The notes under the pieces are model-generated. The model saw nothing but the letters and a program-made list of their open reading frames with translations. It was not told the origin of the DNA and did not search any database. A stretch of 64,000 nt of DNA from NCBI RefSeq assembly GCF_001194135.2, contig NC_068983.1:111817822-111881821 (forward strand), written 5' to 3'. The DNA is from Octopus bimaculoides (Eukaryota). The position numbers were made by a program, and so were the translations under genes. Below, in pieces: positions 50,083-63,559 of the stretch. Every line of letters begins with the position of its first letter. Within the stretch, counting starts at the first letter, position 1.

Positions 50083-50290
50083 TCTTTTACTTATTTCAGT
50101 CATTTGACTGTGGCTAAGCTGGAGCACCACATTGAAGGGTTTTAGTCAAAGAAATCAACCGCAAGACTTATTTTTTGAAGCCTAGTACTCATTCTATCAT
50201 TCTCTTTTGCCAAACTGCTAAGTTATGGGGATGTAAACACACCAACACTGATTGTCAAGTGATGGTGGTGGACAAACACGGACACAAAGA
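50083..50290 (-). mobile_element. SINE family B, 3' portion
   Basis: Family B tail motifs. Confidence 0.8.
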
Positions 50291-51105
50291 CATTATGGTT
50301 TCTTTTCTTTAATTGATGAGGGATAATTTGAGCAGAATTTGGCTGCCATCTCTAGCAGTTTATTCAAATTTTCTCGTTGATTTGTGTTGCGCACAAGAGA
50401 ATAAAGTGGGTGTAATGAAACAGGATAATTCTGTAGTGATCAAAAAATTTCAATACGGCCAAAGGAATACTAAGAATTATTCTAATATTTCAACATTCAA
50501 AGGAATGTTAGAATACATTGTAATATACTTCAATATTTCCATATACCAAAGAAACTTTCTGTCTAGTTCCACACAGAAGTAATAAGAGCATTAACTTTAT
50601 AATGCTTATTGTTAATAATTCTTGATGCTTCAAATACTACATTCTCTTGGGAAGAAAACAACAGAATTGAAAACTTGGATAAACTCTAAAGATTCTTTTC
50701 GTTTGAACAACATTATTGCATGCAAGTAATTATAATATCTGACAGTTGTAGCTGAATTATTGACATTTGAAAAATTTATATATACACGTGTGTGTGTGTG
50801 TGTGTGTGTGTTAAAATTTATGTTTTTGGCATAAAAAATATGCTCCTTACTTTCTTAAATAAGCTAAAAAAAAGTTTGCTAAATAATTCTTTTTATGTAT
50901 ATTGATAATTTATGTTTTGTAAGGTTAACAGACTGTTAATGTTGCTACTCATACCATTATTCTTTGTTGTTGTTCTTCTTGTTGTGATCATTGATATTTC
51001 TCACTATTTTCTTGTCTACTATTTATCCTTCAATTTATGTATTTCATAAAGGTTGAATAGGACAAGAAAGATTGTTGAAGTTAATGCAAAGACATATATA
51101 TGCAC

Positions 51106-51264
51106 AGAAGTAGCTGTGTGGTAAGTAGCTTGCTAACCAACCGCATGGTTATGGGTTTAGTCCCACTGTGCGGCACTTTGGGCAAGTGTCTTCTACTATA
51201 GCCTCAGACTGACCAAAGACTCATTAGTGGATTTGGTGGACGGAAACTGAAAGACGCCTGTCAC

Positions 51265-51306
<42 letters not shown>
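51106..51306 (+). mobile_element. SINE family B 5' half running into a gap
   Basis: Head plus ggatttggtggacggaaactgaaag. Confidence 0.85.
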
Positions 51307-51819
51307 NNNNNNNNNNNNNNNNNNNNNNNNNNNNNNNNNNNNNNNNNNNNNNNNNNNNNNNNNNNNNNNNNNNNNNNNNNNNNNNNNNNNNNNNNNNNNN
51401 NNNNNNNNNNNNNNNNNNNNNNNNNNNNNNNNNNNNNNNNNNNNNNNNNNNNNNNNNNNNNNNNNNNNNNNNNNNNNNNNNNNNNNNNNNNNNNNNNNNN
51501 NNNNNNNNNNNNNNNNNNNNNNNNNNNNNNNNNNNNNNNNNNNNNNNNNNNNNNNNNNNNNNNNNNNNNNNNNNNNNNNNNNNNNNNNNNNNNNNNNNNN
51601 NNNNNNNNNNNNNNNNNNNNNNNNNNNNNNNNNNNNNNNNNNNNNNNNNNNNNNNNNNNNNNNNNNNNNNNNNNNNNNNNNNNNNNNNNNNNNNNNNNNN
51701 NNNNNNNNNNNNNNNNNNNNNNNNNNNNNNNNNNNNNNNNNNNNNNNNNNNNNNNNNNNNNNNNNNNNNNNNNNATATATAGTTCAAAAACACAATAACA
51801 AAAAAACAAAAAAACAACA

Positions 51820-51980
51820 AAGTGAGGACGTGATATGGATAGTATTATTGGACGCTCAGGAAAGGAAAGAGAGAGTGTATGACGTTTCGGGCGTAGCCCT
51901 TCATCGGAAAGGTGGAAAGTTCGGAGAATGGAAGAACGGAGAAAGAGGAAAATGGTACCGATGCCCACGAGGTTACATAT
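51820..51980 (-). mobile_element. Probable Penelope-like element terminal repeat fragment
   Basis: Minus-strand ccgatgaagggctacgcccgaaacgtc, the CTGATGA...GAAAC word typical of PLE ends. Confidence 0.5.
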
Positions 51981-52309
51981 ATATATATATATATGGACAA
52001 ATGACTGCCATGTCTAGCAGACAGATATAACCAGCACCGAGGAAGGGAAATACCCAGAAACTAACTGGTCTGTCAATGCTGGATGTGAGTTGTTTGCTCC
52101 TTTGTTTGCAATATAATGGACACGATGATGATGATGAACGATGATGAGATAGTATGTCGTTAACTATTGGGAGGAGATGTCCTCCTGGGGTTAAAAGGAA
52201 TAGTAACATTGTTCTGTATGGAATAACCACGTTGAGGTGGTAACAACCATTACTTTTCAGTAGAGTTACTACTCACAGCTCCTATAGAGATATTAGAACT
52301 ATATATATT

Positions 52310-52700
52310 CTTTTATGTTTTACTTGTTTCAGTTATCTGAGTGTGGCCACACTGGAGTACTGCCTGCCTTGAAGGATTTTAGTCAGACAATTCGACCCCA
52401 GGACTTGTTCTTTTAAGCCTAGTACTTATTCTATTGGTCTCTTTGCTGAACTGCTAAGTTACAGGGACGTAGATACGTGAACACCGGTTGTCAAGTGATG
52501 GTAGCAAGAAACTTAGATATAAAGACACACATGGACACACACACACTCACACACACACACATGCACACACACACACACACATACACACACACACACACAT
52601 ATATATATACAATGGGCGTCTTTCAGTTTCCGTCTACCAAATCCACTCACAAAGCTTTGGTCAGCTAGTGGCTATAGTAGAAGACACTGGAACCATGTGG
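52310..52700 (-). mobile_element. SINE family B, nearly full length
   Basis: Reverse complement of 22665-23069 motifs. Confidence 0.85.
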
Positions 52701-52721
52701 GTGGGAATATATATATATATG

Positions 52722-53052
52722 TAAAAGAGGATAAAAACACCTTTTGGTTACAAGTGTCCATGGGATTGCACCAAGAATGTTCCCCTCTGAAGCATAAGTC
52801 CAGGCAAGGTTATTTATGGAAGACCAGAAGTCATCCATGCATAACAGCCCCACATCTCCATGCCACCGATGCTATCCAAAGCAGCTTGGCACTAGTGATG
52901 TTGTAACTCATTTCTACAGCTGAGTGAACTGGAGCAACATGAAATAAAGTGTCTTGCTCGAGAATATAGCACACAGACCAATCCAGGAATCAAACTCACT
53001 ACCTCATGATTGGAAGCCCGATGCTCTGACCACTGAGCCATGCGCCTTCACC
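52722..53052 (-). mobile_element. CORE-like SINE (family E subfamily)
   Basis: Collinear with 49470-49820. Confidence 0.8.
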
Positions 53053-53282
53053 ATATATATATATATACATACACTTACTTTTATCTTTACTTTCATTTGT
53101 TTTGAAGTAACAAGCTGGGGCCATGCTGGAGCATGGTAAAATTGCTAGTTTATTTCATTTCACTTCTATGCCCATCTTTACATGTTTGGTTCAAGTGAAT
53201 CTGTGAGTTGGACAATGCTGCCTTATTTGTATTTATTTCTATGATTTAGATGTGGTTTTTGAATGCATTTACAAGTATACTA

Positions 53283-53495
53283 CAATGGGGACCTGAAAAG
53301 TTCCTGGCTTTAGGTAAAAGAAATTACAGGTGGATCATTTGATTATTATTTTATTCTACATATTCCCATCTCAGATTCACACACTGCAGCAGTCCTTCAG
53401 TTTTTCTAATCCTTGTAAAAAGTACTTGGGTGGTTGGGCCTCTAGTGAGGCCTTTCATGATACCATTAAAACCAGGAACTTTTCAGCCCTCCAAT
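53283..53495. mobile_element. Mariner-type MITE
   Basis: Inverted core ctgaaaagttcctggcttta / taaaaccaggaacttttcag. Confidence 0.7.
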
Positions 53496-53519
53496 TTGTG
53501 GGCTCTTGAACCCTAAGAT

Positions 53520-55560
53520 GTTACAGTCTTGGATCCTTACCCTAGATAAAAACTTTGCTATTATGCAATGCCATCCAGTTCAATATAGCTTTCAATCTCA
53601 AAGCTAAGGGTTAGATCTTTAAGGGTCTTCCATGTATATATCATTGCAAATCTTTTGCATTTTCACTTTAAGTCTCTCCCAGTTGCTCACCTATTTCAGT
53701 GAGGTTATCTTCTTGACGTAACAATTTTGGATTTCTTTGAGCTCTGCTGTTTGTTTCATACTATGTTCAATGATAACTAGAAGCAGTATATTAGGTGGCT
53801 GAGAAGAAATCTCCTCCATAGAACCAACATGTTTTCATCTTTTCTTGTTCTGAATGATCTGAGTCCAAACAGCCAGTTGCCTGCCCTTTCTTGCTTAATT
53901 AATATGCACACAGAATGCTGCATCATCTGGATTCCCAGATGATGTTCCATTTGAGACTCTGAGATTCCAAACTCCCTTGCCTTGTGTATTTTGATTGCAA
54001 TCTGTGTAAGGCTGCTCTTTCTTGAAAGGGTGTCAGTGAGGAAGTCATTTAATGCTAGGAACTTGATCAGCTTCATTCTGACAATGCATCCCGTGAATTT
54101 GCTAATATATGAGGTCAGTGAAATGGGTCTGTAAATTTTAGCATTTGCTCTGCTTCCCACTTAATGGAAAGAGCAAGTTATCCATTGTTTTAATTTTTGT
54201 GAAGTTTGCCACATGCAAGGAAGCTCTGGAAAAGTATCTGCTGTGGTTCTTGCAGCAGCTTTCTTGCTTGTCTTTAAAAGAATCTCTGGAAAACCTTCAG
54301 GGCATATTGCTGAGTTCACAATCATTTTATCAATGACCATTATCACATCCTCCTCCAATGTAACTGATGGTATCCCCTTCCCTCTGTAAAGCTATTGTAC
54401 TGAGGAATTCAACAGGCATATTTACTTGCATATCTCCCAATATGGAAATAAAAACATTTTGGAATGGTTTATTTAATATTTCACTTATTCTTTTGAGACC
54501 TGCATCATGTAAGTTCTTCAAACTATAGCTCTTTCTTATAATGCAACAAGGCAAATGTTTTTACAAATTTGGAGACAGCTTAGATTTAATTTTTACATTT
54601 TCAACTGCCCATTATACTATTTCTTACTATTTTTTTTTTCTTTAGAGAACTTAAGTCTGCTTTCAATCTCTGAAAGTACATTTTTTACATTAGACTCCTT
54701 AAGTTGTTTATTTTAGTGATTTGTGAACTTTATTTTTCATCTCATAGATACACACCTATCTCTAGAAACAATGTTTTTTGTGTGTAATTGCTCTTCTCTT
54801 TGGGACAAATTTAATGTATAAATTCTTCAACTTTCATTTCCTTGTCTTTCAAAGAAAGATTTCAGGACCATTTTGTTCCAGAATCTTTTTTAAACTGGTT
54901 TTCAGTCAGTTTTGTAAAAATTCAGGTTGCATATAGTTTGGGTGCTTCCTCATTGTAGGCATCTTTGATGTAATTTCTATCATACATTATTTCTATTATT
55001 TTTACGTCTACATTTTTACTTCTACAATGGTCTGAGAAAATTATTGGTATCACCTTCACATTATAAGTAGATTTTATGTTATTAGTGAAACAAAAGCCCT
55101 CAATTTTGTACTGTATTATTTGTTCCATGAACATCATTTTTGTGAGATCAACTTGAGATTCTGCTTGTTCTTTATTCATGTAGGTACATTCCTGAGATTA
55201 CATAGCTTTTGGGCTATTTGATGTTATGGAAGTATCCAACAGACATATATTGATATGTTGATCTAGAATTGTTTGTAATTTTACCATTCTAAGGCTTTTC
55301 TTAAATTTACCATCATGATTTGAGGTATCAGGTGGATATTATCTGCATATTAAAGCATCAAATTGTTTTATATGTACTATTAGTGTATCACAGACCTAAT
55401 TTGAATATGATAACAAGGTTAAGAGTGTGACATCTTCATGAATTAACATGGCAACTCTACCATGGCTTCGGTTTTCCTGTCTGCATGAAACAAAATATGC
55501 TATAGCATGTGTATCTTTGCATCTGCTATATTTGTTGATAGATGTGTTTCTGTAAATGCT
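53520..55560 (-). pseudogene. CR1-type LINE ORF2 remnant (endonuclease to RT)
   Basis: R.ENRSHGRVAMLI (EN), IIFSDH (EN end), YRPISLTSYISKF...LIKFL (RT start), in correct order. Confidence 0.75.
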
Positions 55561-55687
55561 ATGCATATTGCCTGATTGCATGTGGAAAGACCTCTCGAAT
55601 ATGAAATTTAGCTTTTATTGTCAAGTTGTAACAGGCCTCTGATATTTGGTAGTAAAACTTGTGTGATGTTTGATACACACAGACACA

Positions 55688-55718
<31 letters not shown>

Positions 55719-55991
55719 NNNNNNNNNNTATATAGTGAAAATGTACTTAATGCAACCTGCATTAAAAATTCTAGCCAGAAATATTTATGCATTAGAAACA
55801 AAAGAAACAAAAGCGGAAAAAAGCAAAAACAATATCACTCAATGTTTGATATCATTTTCATTTTCTTAGTGCAAACAAGAGATGCCTCTAGAATATTTCA
55901 GTCATACTCTGATGTAAAAAGTGAAGCACAGTCTTCACAGAATGGTATATATTACAGAGGGGGAGTGCTGAGCAGTGATAAGTAAAATTAT

Positions 55992-56446
55992 AATGTTATT
56001 ATCAGTCCAAATATACTTGGGCATGTTTGAACCAGTGAACAAGCTACACACTGCATTTTGTCATGGAAAGTACATCCCATTTGTTGACAAATGGTGTGTA
56101 TACACCTGGACTAGCTCACAGCACCACCTACCCACACTGTGAGATGTCGCCATTTCAGAGTAGTTAGGAGTAGTTATTTCCTCATTTGTTCTCTTCAGTC
56201 ACAGACACCAAGCAGCCAATGCTACGAGCTGATTGAAGAAACTAATTCTTTTATGCTTTTCCACTTGCCATAACTACTCTGAAATGCTCGCATCTCATAG
56301 TCTGGGTAAGTGGCACTGTGAGCTGATATAGGTTTATACACACCATTTGTCAACAAACGGGACATATTTTCTATGACAAAACGCAGTGAGTAGCTTGTTC
56401 ACTAGTTTGAACGTGCCTCAAACATATTCAGACTGATAATAACGTT
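55992..56446. mobile_element. Foldback/MITE-like element with ~175-bp inverted arms
   Basis: 55992-56166 versus reverse complement of 56271-56446, about 80% identical by eye. Confidence 0.8.
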
Positions 56447-56474
56447 NNNNNNNNNNNNNNNNNNNNNNNNNNNN

Positions 56475-56525
<51 letters not shown>

Positions 56526-56904
56526 GTACAAAGAATATATATGCATGTATACACACATATATGTACATACTTACATCTACATGTGTATATAGATGCATAT
56601 CAGAGTACAGGACGTTAGAAAAATGAACTACAGACGACGGAACGAACACATAGGAAAACAGATACCCACTTGGAATTATTCCTTCATCAGCTGCCTCTAT
56701 TCTAACTAGACGTTTTGAAGATAAGGCATATATATATTTAGGAAGTTAGTTGTTATGTCTAGTCAGAAAATGACCATTGATTTCATGCCTATAACATGTA
56801 AAACCTAATGGTTACTCTCTGACTGGTCATAAAAAGTAATTTCCTAAAAAATACACTACTGCTCATTCTACAGTGTGCTCCTTCAGATATATGAACTATA
56901 TATA

Positions 56905-56935
<31 letters not shown>

Positions 56936-57297
56936 ATCACCTCCACCCCACTTCAGTCTACCTATGAACTAGTCTAGCTGACTCCTTTCCCCACCAGGGT
57001 TGCTGACCTTATATATATTACACACTTTCAAGAACTATAACCTTAACCTCAATGGCCAACATAGTCATTCTCCCATTTCATAGTTGGCCTCAGCAGACTT
57101 CAGCCACATCTCTGCTGTATTCTTGGGATATTCTTTTGTTTGTAAAATTACTTCTTGTCTGATGATTAGTCTTTTGTAATGGAGTAATCTTCTCATTCTT
57201 CTATTAAAAAGTTACATAAGAAACAGCTGCAACAAGCTCACAATTATCCATCGTATGTTATTCTTCATTTGATTATATATCCATATATATATATATA

Positions 57298-58850
57298 CTA
57301 GCAATAGAACCTGTCATTAATTGGGTAATTGCTTTTACAGTTTATCGGAAGTCACATTAAAAGTATTATTATATGTATGTGTGTATTTTTAGAAGAGGAA
57401 ACTACGTAATAATTGAAGTAGAAAAAAGATCAATATTTCTTTATGAACAATGTTTTTTTTTTATTTTGGGGTACATAAGTCTTTACTAGAAACAGGGAGG
57501 ATATTTTGGGTCAATGAAGTTCTTGTACAATTAATCTTGTACCATTGCATAATTTTGGTTGAGACAAAATATGTAATAGCATAATAGGAGTCCCTTTTTT
57601 CATATGAAGATAATGAGGAGCTGTATCTGATGGTTGTAGTGAGTTAAAGAATTCGATGGGGTAGTTGACACTATCCTGATCATCAACAATACTGTCAACT
57701 GCATTATAAGTGAAGATTTCTGGATTTTTATTCAATAGCATATCATTAATGGTATGTAGAGGAACATTTTCTGGAACCAGGATAGCTCTGTCACTGATGT
57801 AATCTGTATTGATGTAATTATGAAGAAGATTAGGACAGGTTTCATGCATCAAATTATCAACGGAATCAATTGAATTATATATTGCATTGACTGTAAGAAA
57901 CTGTTCTCCATCAGTTGGAACTCTCCCTTCACCAAGTTTCAAAAGCTGCTCTGCAAATAGTTCAGCTGACTGATCTCTTGAAAGCATCGATATCATATAA
58001 TAATTGAAGTAGAAAAGAGATGAACTTCATACATGAACTTCTGTTTGTTTATTATATGACAATAGTGAGTTTTATTCTTTTATTATATTTATCAATACAG
58101 TAATGGCAATTATGTAATACAGTTCAATGAAATAGGTAATTTAGCCATTTTTTAATGTAATGATAGTAAGGGGAAATTAAGTTATTAAAGTATTTATGTT
58201 GCATTAAGAGTGAACATTTCTTTATAAGCAATGTTTTGGTTTTATTTCAGGGTGCATAAGCAAAAAGATTTGCATTTGCTCCCACACATGATGCTCAGAC
58301 ATAAAGTTGGCTATGTAAAAAGCATGGTTCTTGAAGTTGCAATCCAGCAACATAGTGTTTGGTTCTGACTTTTATTAATGCTCATGGCAAAGGAAACTCA
58401 GATAGGAAACTGTAATCATTTAAATTGGAATGAGACATTAGATGGTATAACTGGTATTTGAGGAATGAAGACGGTGTCACCGTTACCACAGCCAATGAGA
58501 ATATCTGCCTCAATGCAGTTCCTCATAAGTTTGTGCACAATTAATCTTGTACCATTGCATAATTTTGGTTGAGACAAATTATGTAATAGCATAATAGGAG
58601 TCCCTTTTTTCAGATGAAGACAATCAGGAGCTGTATCAGGCAGTTCTAGTGAATTAAAAAATTCGATAGGTAGATAACACTATTCTGATCATCAACAACA
58701 CTGTCAACTGCATTATAAGTGAATGTTTCTCTTGGAAGCTTATTCAGTAGCATGTTATTAATGCTATATACTGCAACATTTTTGGGAGCCAGGATAGCTT
58801 GCTCACAGATCCAATCTGTATTTTTGTAATTATGAAGAAGATTAGGAAAG
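57298..58850 (-). mobile_element. Helitron 3' remnant with two PIF1-like helicase segments
   Basis: [34 protein letters not shown]...[22 protein letters not shown]; minus-strand 3' end CTAG|T at 57298 with a subterminal imperfect palindrome. Confidence 0.88.
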
Positions 58851-58852
58851 AT

Positions 58853-59200
58853 TTATGTGTGTGTGTGTGTGTGTTCTTTTAGTGAGGGAAAGAGAGAGAG
58901 AAAGAAAGAAAGAGAGACAAAGAGAGAAAGAAGGTGAGAAAGGAAGAGAGAGAGAAAAAGAGAAAGGAAGAGAGAGAAAGAGAGAAAGGAAGAGAGAGAG
59001 AAAGAAAGTGAGGGAAAATAGACAGATAGAGAAGAAAGAAAATCATAGTTAGATGGTGTCTAGTTTTAGTCTCACTTTGCAGGACAAAGAGACAGAATCT
59101 CTTTGAAGTAGCATGACAGAAAGACAGACAGGCAGACAGACAGAGAACATAGAGGCGGAGAGAGAATAGAGGAGACATAGAAAGAAAATAACAGAGAGAT
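58853..59200. repeat. (GT)n and (GA)n-rich low-complexity tract
   Basis: Direct reading. Confidence 0.9.
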
Positions 59201-61787
59201 GGTGTCTGGTTTTAGTTTCACTTTGTGGGACAAACAGCCAAATAGAAAGAATCTTTCTCTTTCACTGATATCACATACTTAACATATCTGCATCGTTTAA
59301 ACATCAGGTACTGCAACTGCTCATCTCAGAAAGATCCCTTTGGAAAACAGTATTTTTTAACCACATTTAAGCAACATGCAATTTAAGTATGCTATTTTAT
59401 ACTGTTTACATTATAAGCCTCTTTCTAAACATAATTTGAATATATAGGTGCAGGCATGGCTGTGTGGCAAGAAGTTTGCTTCCAAACCACATGGCACCTT
59501 GGATAAGTGTATGCTATTATAGCATCAGGTTAACCAAAGCCTTGGAAGTGGACTTTTGAGAGAGCAACTAAAAGAAGCCCATAAAATATATGTGTATATG
59601 TGTGTATACACATACATACACAGACTACTCGCACAAACACAAACACACACACACAGTTAACACCACACATACAAATGCTACCATACATACACATGCTATC
59701 AGACACACACACACACAGTTACCACCAAATGCACACACACACACACACACATATAATTACTGCCACACACACAAACACTACCGTATATACATATGCTATC
59801 ACGCAAACACACATACTAACCATCTTCACACTCCTCTGTCTCAGAAAGCACTTTCACTTTCTCTTTCTACTTTCAGTCACTAGAGGACATGTAACCACAC
59901 GTGGACTGTTGGTGACTTTTCCTCCTTCATTCTTCTTTCCATTTGGACTTACCTGTTTTTCCTGTTTCCAATGAAGAGTTATGCTCAAAACAAAACAACA
60001 ACACTCTTCTTTCTCCAAGCATTATATTAATACATTGCTTGTGTTATGTCCACACGTTTTGTTTTTTGTTTTTCTTTTTTTCTGTTTTTTGAATTGACAA
60101 TATATATATACATCAAAATAAGGATATCAAGTAGTGATGTAGTACAACCATTTCAAGTGGCTCCATTTAATTGAACAAGACAATCATTACATCAATTTAA
60201 ATGTAGTGCCATCTTCAGCTGCACAAATAAATAAATAGAATTTTAACCAGTAGGACATATTGATATAATTTTTCTCAAATATTTTAACAGAGCAAGAAGA
60301 TGGTAGAAATTCATGTTGTCACTATTGTAGCCAAAAATAGACTACACTTCCAAGAATCACATGAAGCCTATTGGGGTCATAATGTTGTAAGGGATTATAA
60401 TTCATTTCTAATTCATTTATCTCCCTATCAACCATTAAATCTAAGACTAGAAGACTGTGTCTATTTTGAATAAAGGACAAGAGTGAGTTGACAGCTCATG
60501 GCTAGGTATGGTCATAAATATTATCATATATATTCCTTTCCCTCAGGGAGGAAAGAAGACATTAGGAGTAGTCAATTGAATATAAGTAACTGTCTATAAC
60601 ATGTATATATATACATATATGCATGTGTCTTTGCTTTTGTATTTGTCCTTCCTACCATCACCACCTCTTCTGAACTGGTGTTGCTATGTTTACATTGCTG
60701 TAACTTGGCAGTTTACCAAAATAGACTGATAGAATAAGTACCAAGCTTAAAAAAAAAACCAATAAATACTGGAGTTTATTTATTCAACTAAATTTCTTGA
60801 ATGTGATGCCATTACATGGCTGTAGTCTAATGACTGAAACAAGAAGAAAATAAAAGGTAAAAGATATATATATGTGTAAGGAATTGTTTATGATTACTTA
60901 TGTGTGGCTGTCCTCTATGATTTGACATTAGGAAAACATCTCCTCCAGCTGGTTTATTCAGTGAGCTTCTTATGACAGTGAGGTTTTTATGACAAGTGGG
61001 AGATAACTCCTGCCACCCTGGCTTTAAGACAACCAGACAATGTGGTTTTGATCTATATTGGATCTCCTCAGTGGTAGGTACTCGTTGCCAGGCATAGCAG
61101 CATTTTACTACACTTGCAATATATAGAAAACACAGTCTCATGCAATCACTGATTTTGTAACTAGGAAACTGGTCAGTTAGAAAATCTTTGTTCGAGATAG
61201 AAGCAATATACGAACCCAAAAGTATTGCTTATGTCTACTTTAATATAACTCTCTTCTAAGAGACAGTCTTTGATGTTTCTTAGAATGTGGCTGTACTCTT
61301 TGAGTACAGCCACATTAAATTGGCTATAAACAATGCTTTTCAGTTCTTATATAGCTTCTATCTCAAAGATTTTATAATAGATATATATGGTGTGTGGGTG
61401 TTTTTGTGTATGAATGTGCGTGTGTGTGTGTGTGTGTGAGTGTATAATTATTAATATACACATGTATATATATACANNNNNNNNNNNNNNNNNNNNNNNN
61501 NNNNNNNNNNNNNNNNNNNNNNNNNNNNNNNNNNNNNNNNNNNNNNNNNNNNNNNNNNNNNNNNNNNNNNNNNNNNNNNNNNNNNNNNNNNNNNNNNNNN
61601 NNNNNNNNNNNNNNNNNNNNNNNNNNNNNNNNNNNNNNNNNNNNNNNNNNNNNNNNNNNNNNNNTATATAAAAATAAAAAGATAAAGAGAGCAATGGTAA
61701 GGTTGGAGAAGTATTTTATGGATAGAGTCTTACAGCTGTTTCTAGGAAGATCCAGTACTTCCCTTCATCCAATACCCTCCTCAACCT

Positions 61788-61817
<30 letters not shown>

Positions 61818-61818
<1 letters not shown>

Positions 61819-62475
61819 TAGGTTGTCACAAACAAATGAAATTTTGTATTTGAGAGGTAACAATAAAATGTTTCAGAAGTGTTTGAGAACTGATTTATTT
61901 AATCAAAGTATGATCCATGTTCATTTATAACCTTTACCCAACATTTCTCAAAGTGATATATTCCACCTTAGAAAAAATTTCATTGTTTGCTGTGATAAAC
62001 TGCCCGAATGCTTCAATTACCTCTTCTCTATTTAAGAATGTTTTATTGCATATGAAATGCTGAAAATGCTTAAATAAATGATAATAATTAGGGGAGATAT
62101 CAGAGGAATAGGGAAGATGTTGCAAAATCTTATAATTCAGGCTTTACAACTTTTGGACCATAGCTTGAGAAGTGTGAGAACGTGCATTGTCATAGAGCAA
62201 AATTGGGCCATCTCTATTCACTAGTTTGGGTTGCTTCTTTTTCAAATTCTCATGCATACAATCAATTTCCTGGCAATACAATGTTGTTGTTACTGTGTTT
62301 CCTTGTTGCTAAAATGAATAATTAATAACCTCCTTCACAGACCACCATACAGTGACTACTAACCTTTTGGAGTGCAATGGTGGTTTTGGGTAGTGTTTAG
62401 GTGACTCTCCTGCATCTAATCACTGTCCTGTTCTCCTGTTGTTGTCAAAGAGTATCCATTTCTCATCACATGTAA
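61818..62475 (-). mobile_element. Mariner 3' half
   Basis: TA|ttaggttg terminus; ITCDEKW and PYSSDISPNYYHLFKHF. Confidence 0.8.
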
Positions 62476-63063
62476 TGAGATCTGGACTTCTTAGAGTTCT
62501 GGACTTTTGGAATTCTGCTGTCACAGTCTTCAGATTTTAGCTCTTGCATGTAATGAGGATTCAATGGACGAAAATTCAATTCTTTACATAACAATGTATG
62601 TATCGTGTGTCTTGTCAGTCCACTTTCATGAGTTGATGTGTTGATTTTTGCAGGCTGTGGTTAAACATTTCCTGCACTGTTGCTACATTCTACACTGTTG
62701 CTACATTCTACACTGATTGGGAGGTAGTCGGAAGGCCACTCCTTCTTGCATCGTTTACAGAGCCAGTGGTCATCAGCTTTGCATGATAACTTTTAATTGT
62801 CTCTGGATGTAGTGTTGCATGCTTACCTTTCTATGCATGCCACCATCAATGAAACAAAACAATGGAATTCCACACTTCATAACGTGCTGCTATCTTAGCT
62901 TGCTCCTGAACAGTCAAGCGACTGGCCATCGAGAAAGAAGAAATAAGAAAATAAGAAATCCCCATTAGTGTTGTCTGTTTCAAAAATGTTATCATCATGA
63001 CTTCAGTGATACTAAAAATTCTATAAGTAATTTCTAATACCTAGTTACTTTCCACCTGCCCTG
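62476..63063 (-). mobile_element. Second copy of the deleted maT/rosa-like element
   Basis: Collinear with 41035-41579; same terminus; MASRLTVQEQAKIAARYEVWNS N-terminus. Confidence 0.85.
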
Positions 63064-63559
63064 TATATATATAAGTCAATAATCTAATATAATATATAAA
63101 TTAAAAACGTAAAAATAAAAACAAAACACAAAGTATTCTGCGGTGCACGTGTTTCAAGCTTTATAGTTGTTGCATCATTATTGGTATATAATTGATAGTA
63201 TAAAGCTATCTTCAGCCGCAAATATATTCTTTCCCAAGAATTATATCACAAAGAAGAAATTAAAAGAGGGAGAAACATGAGAGATAAAAGGTGAGAGTCC
63301 ACTTGGTATANNNNNNNNNNNNNNNNNNNNNNNNNNNNNNNNNNNNNNNNNNNNNNNNNNNNNNNNNNNNNNNNNNNNNNNNNNNNNNNNNNNNNNNNNN
63401 NNNNNNNNNNNNNNNNNNNNNNNNNNNNNNNNNNNNNNNNNNNNNNNNNNNNNNNNNNNNNNTATATATATATATATATATATATATGTGTATATATATA
63501 AACATGCATATATGGGTACAGGATGTCACTAAAGGTGCAAATAACATACACATGAGAGA

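Noticed and set aside
56655-56730. ctgatgaagg / aaaacgtc words on the minus strand (PLE-like)
   Set aside because: No GAAA after helix II and no helix I pairing; at best a decayed PLE end.
60827-61219. 130-aa minus-strand ORF
   Set aside because: No recognisable motif, and it runs into a SINE tail.
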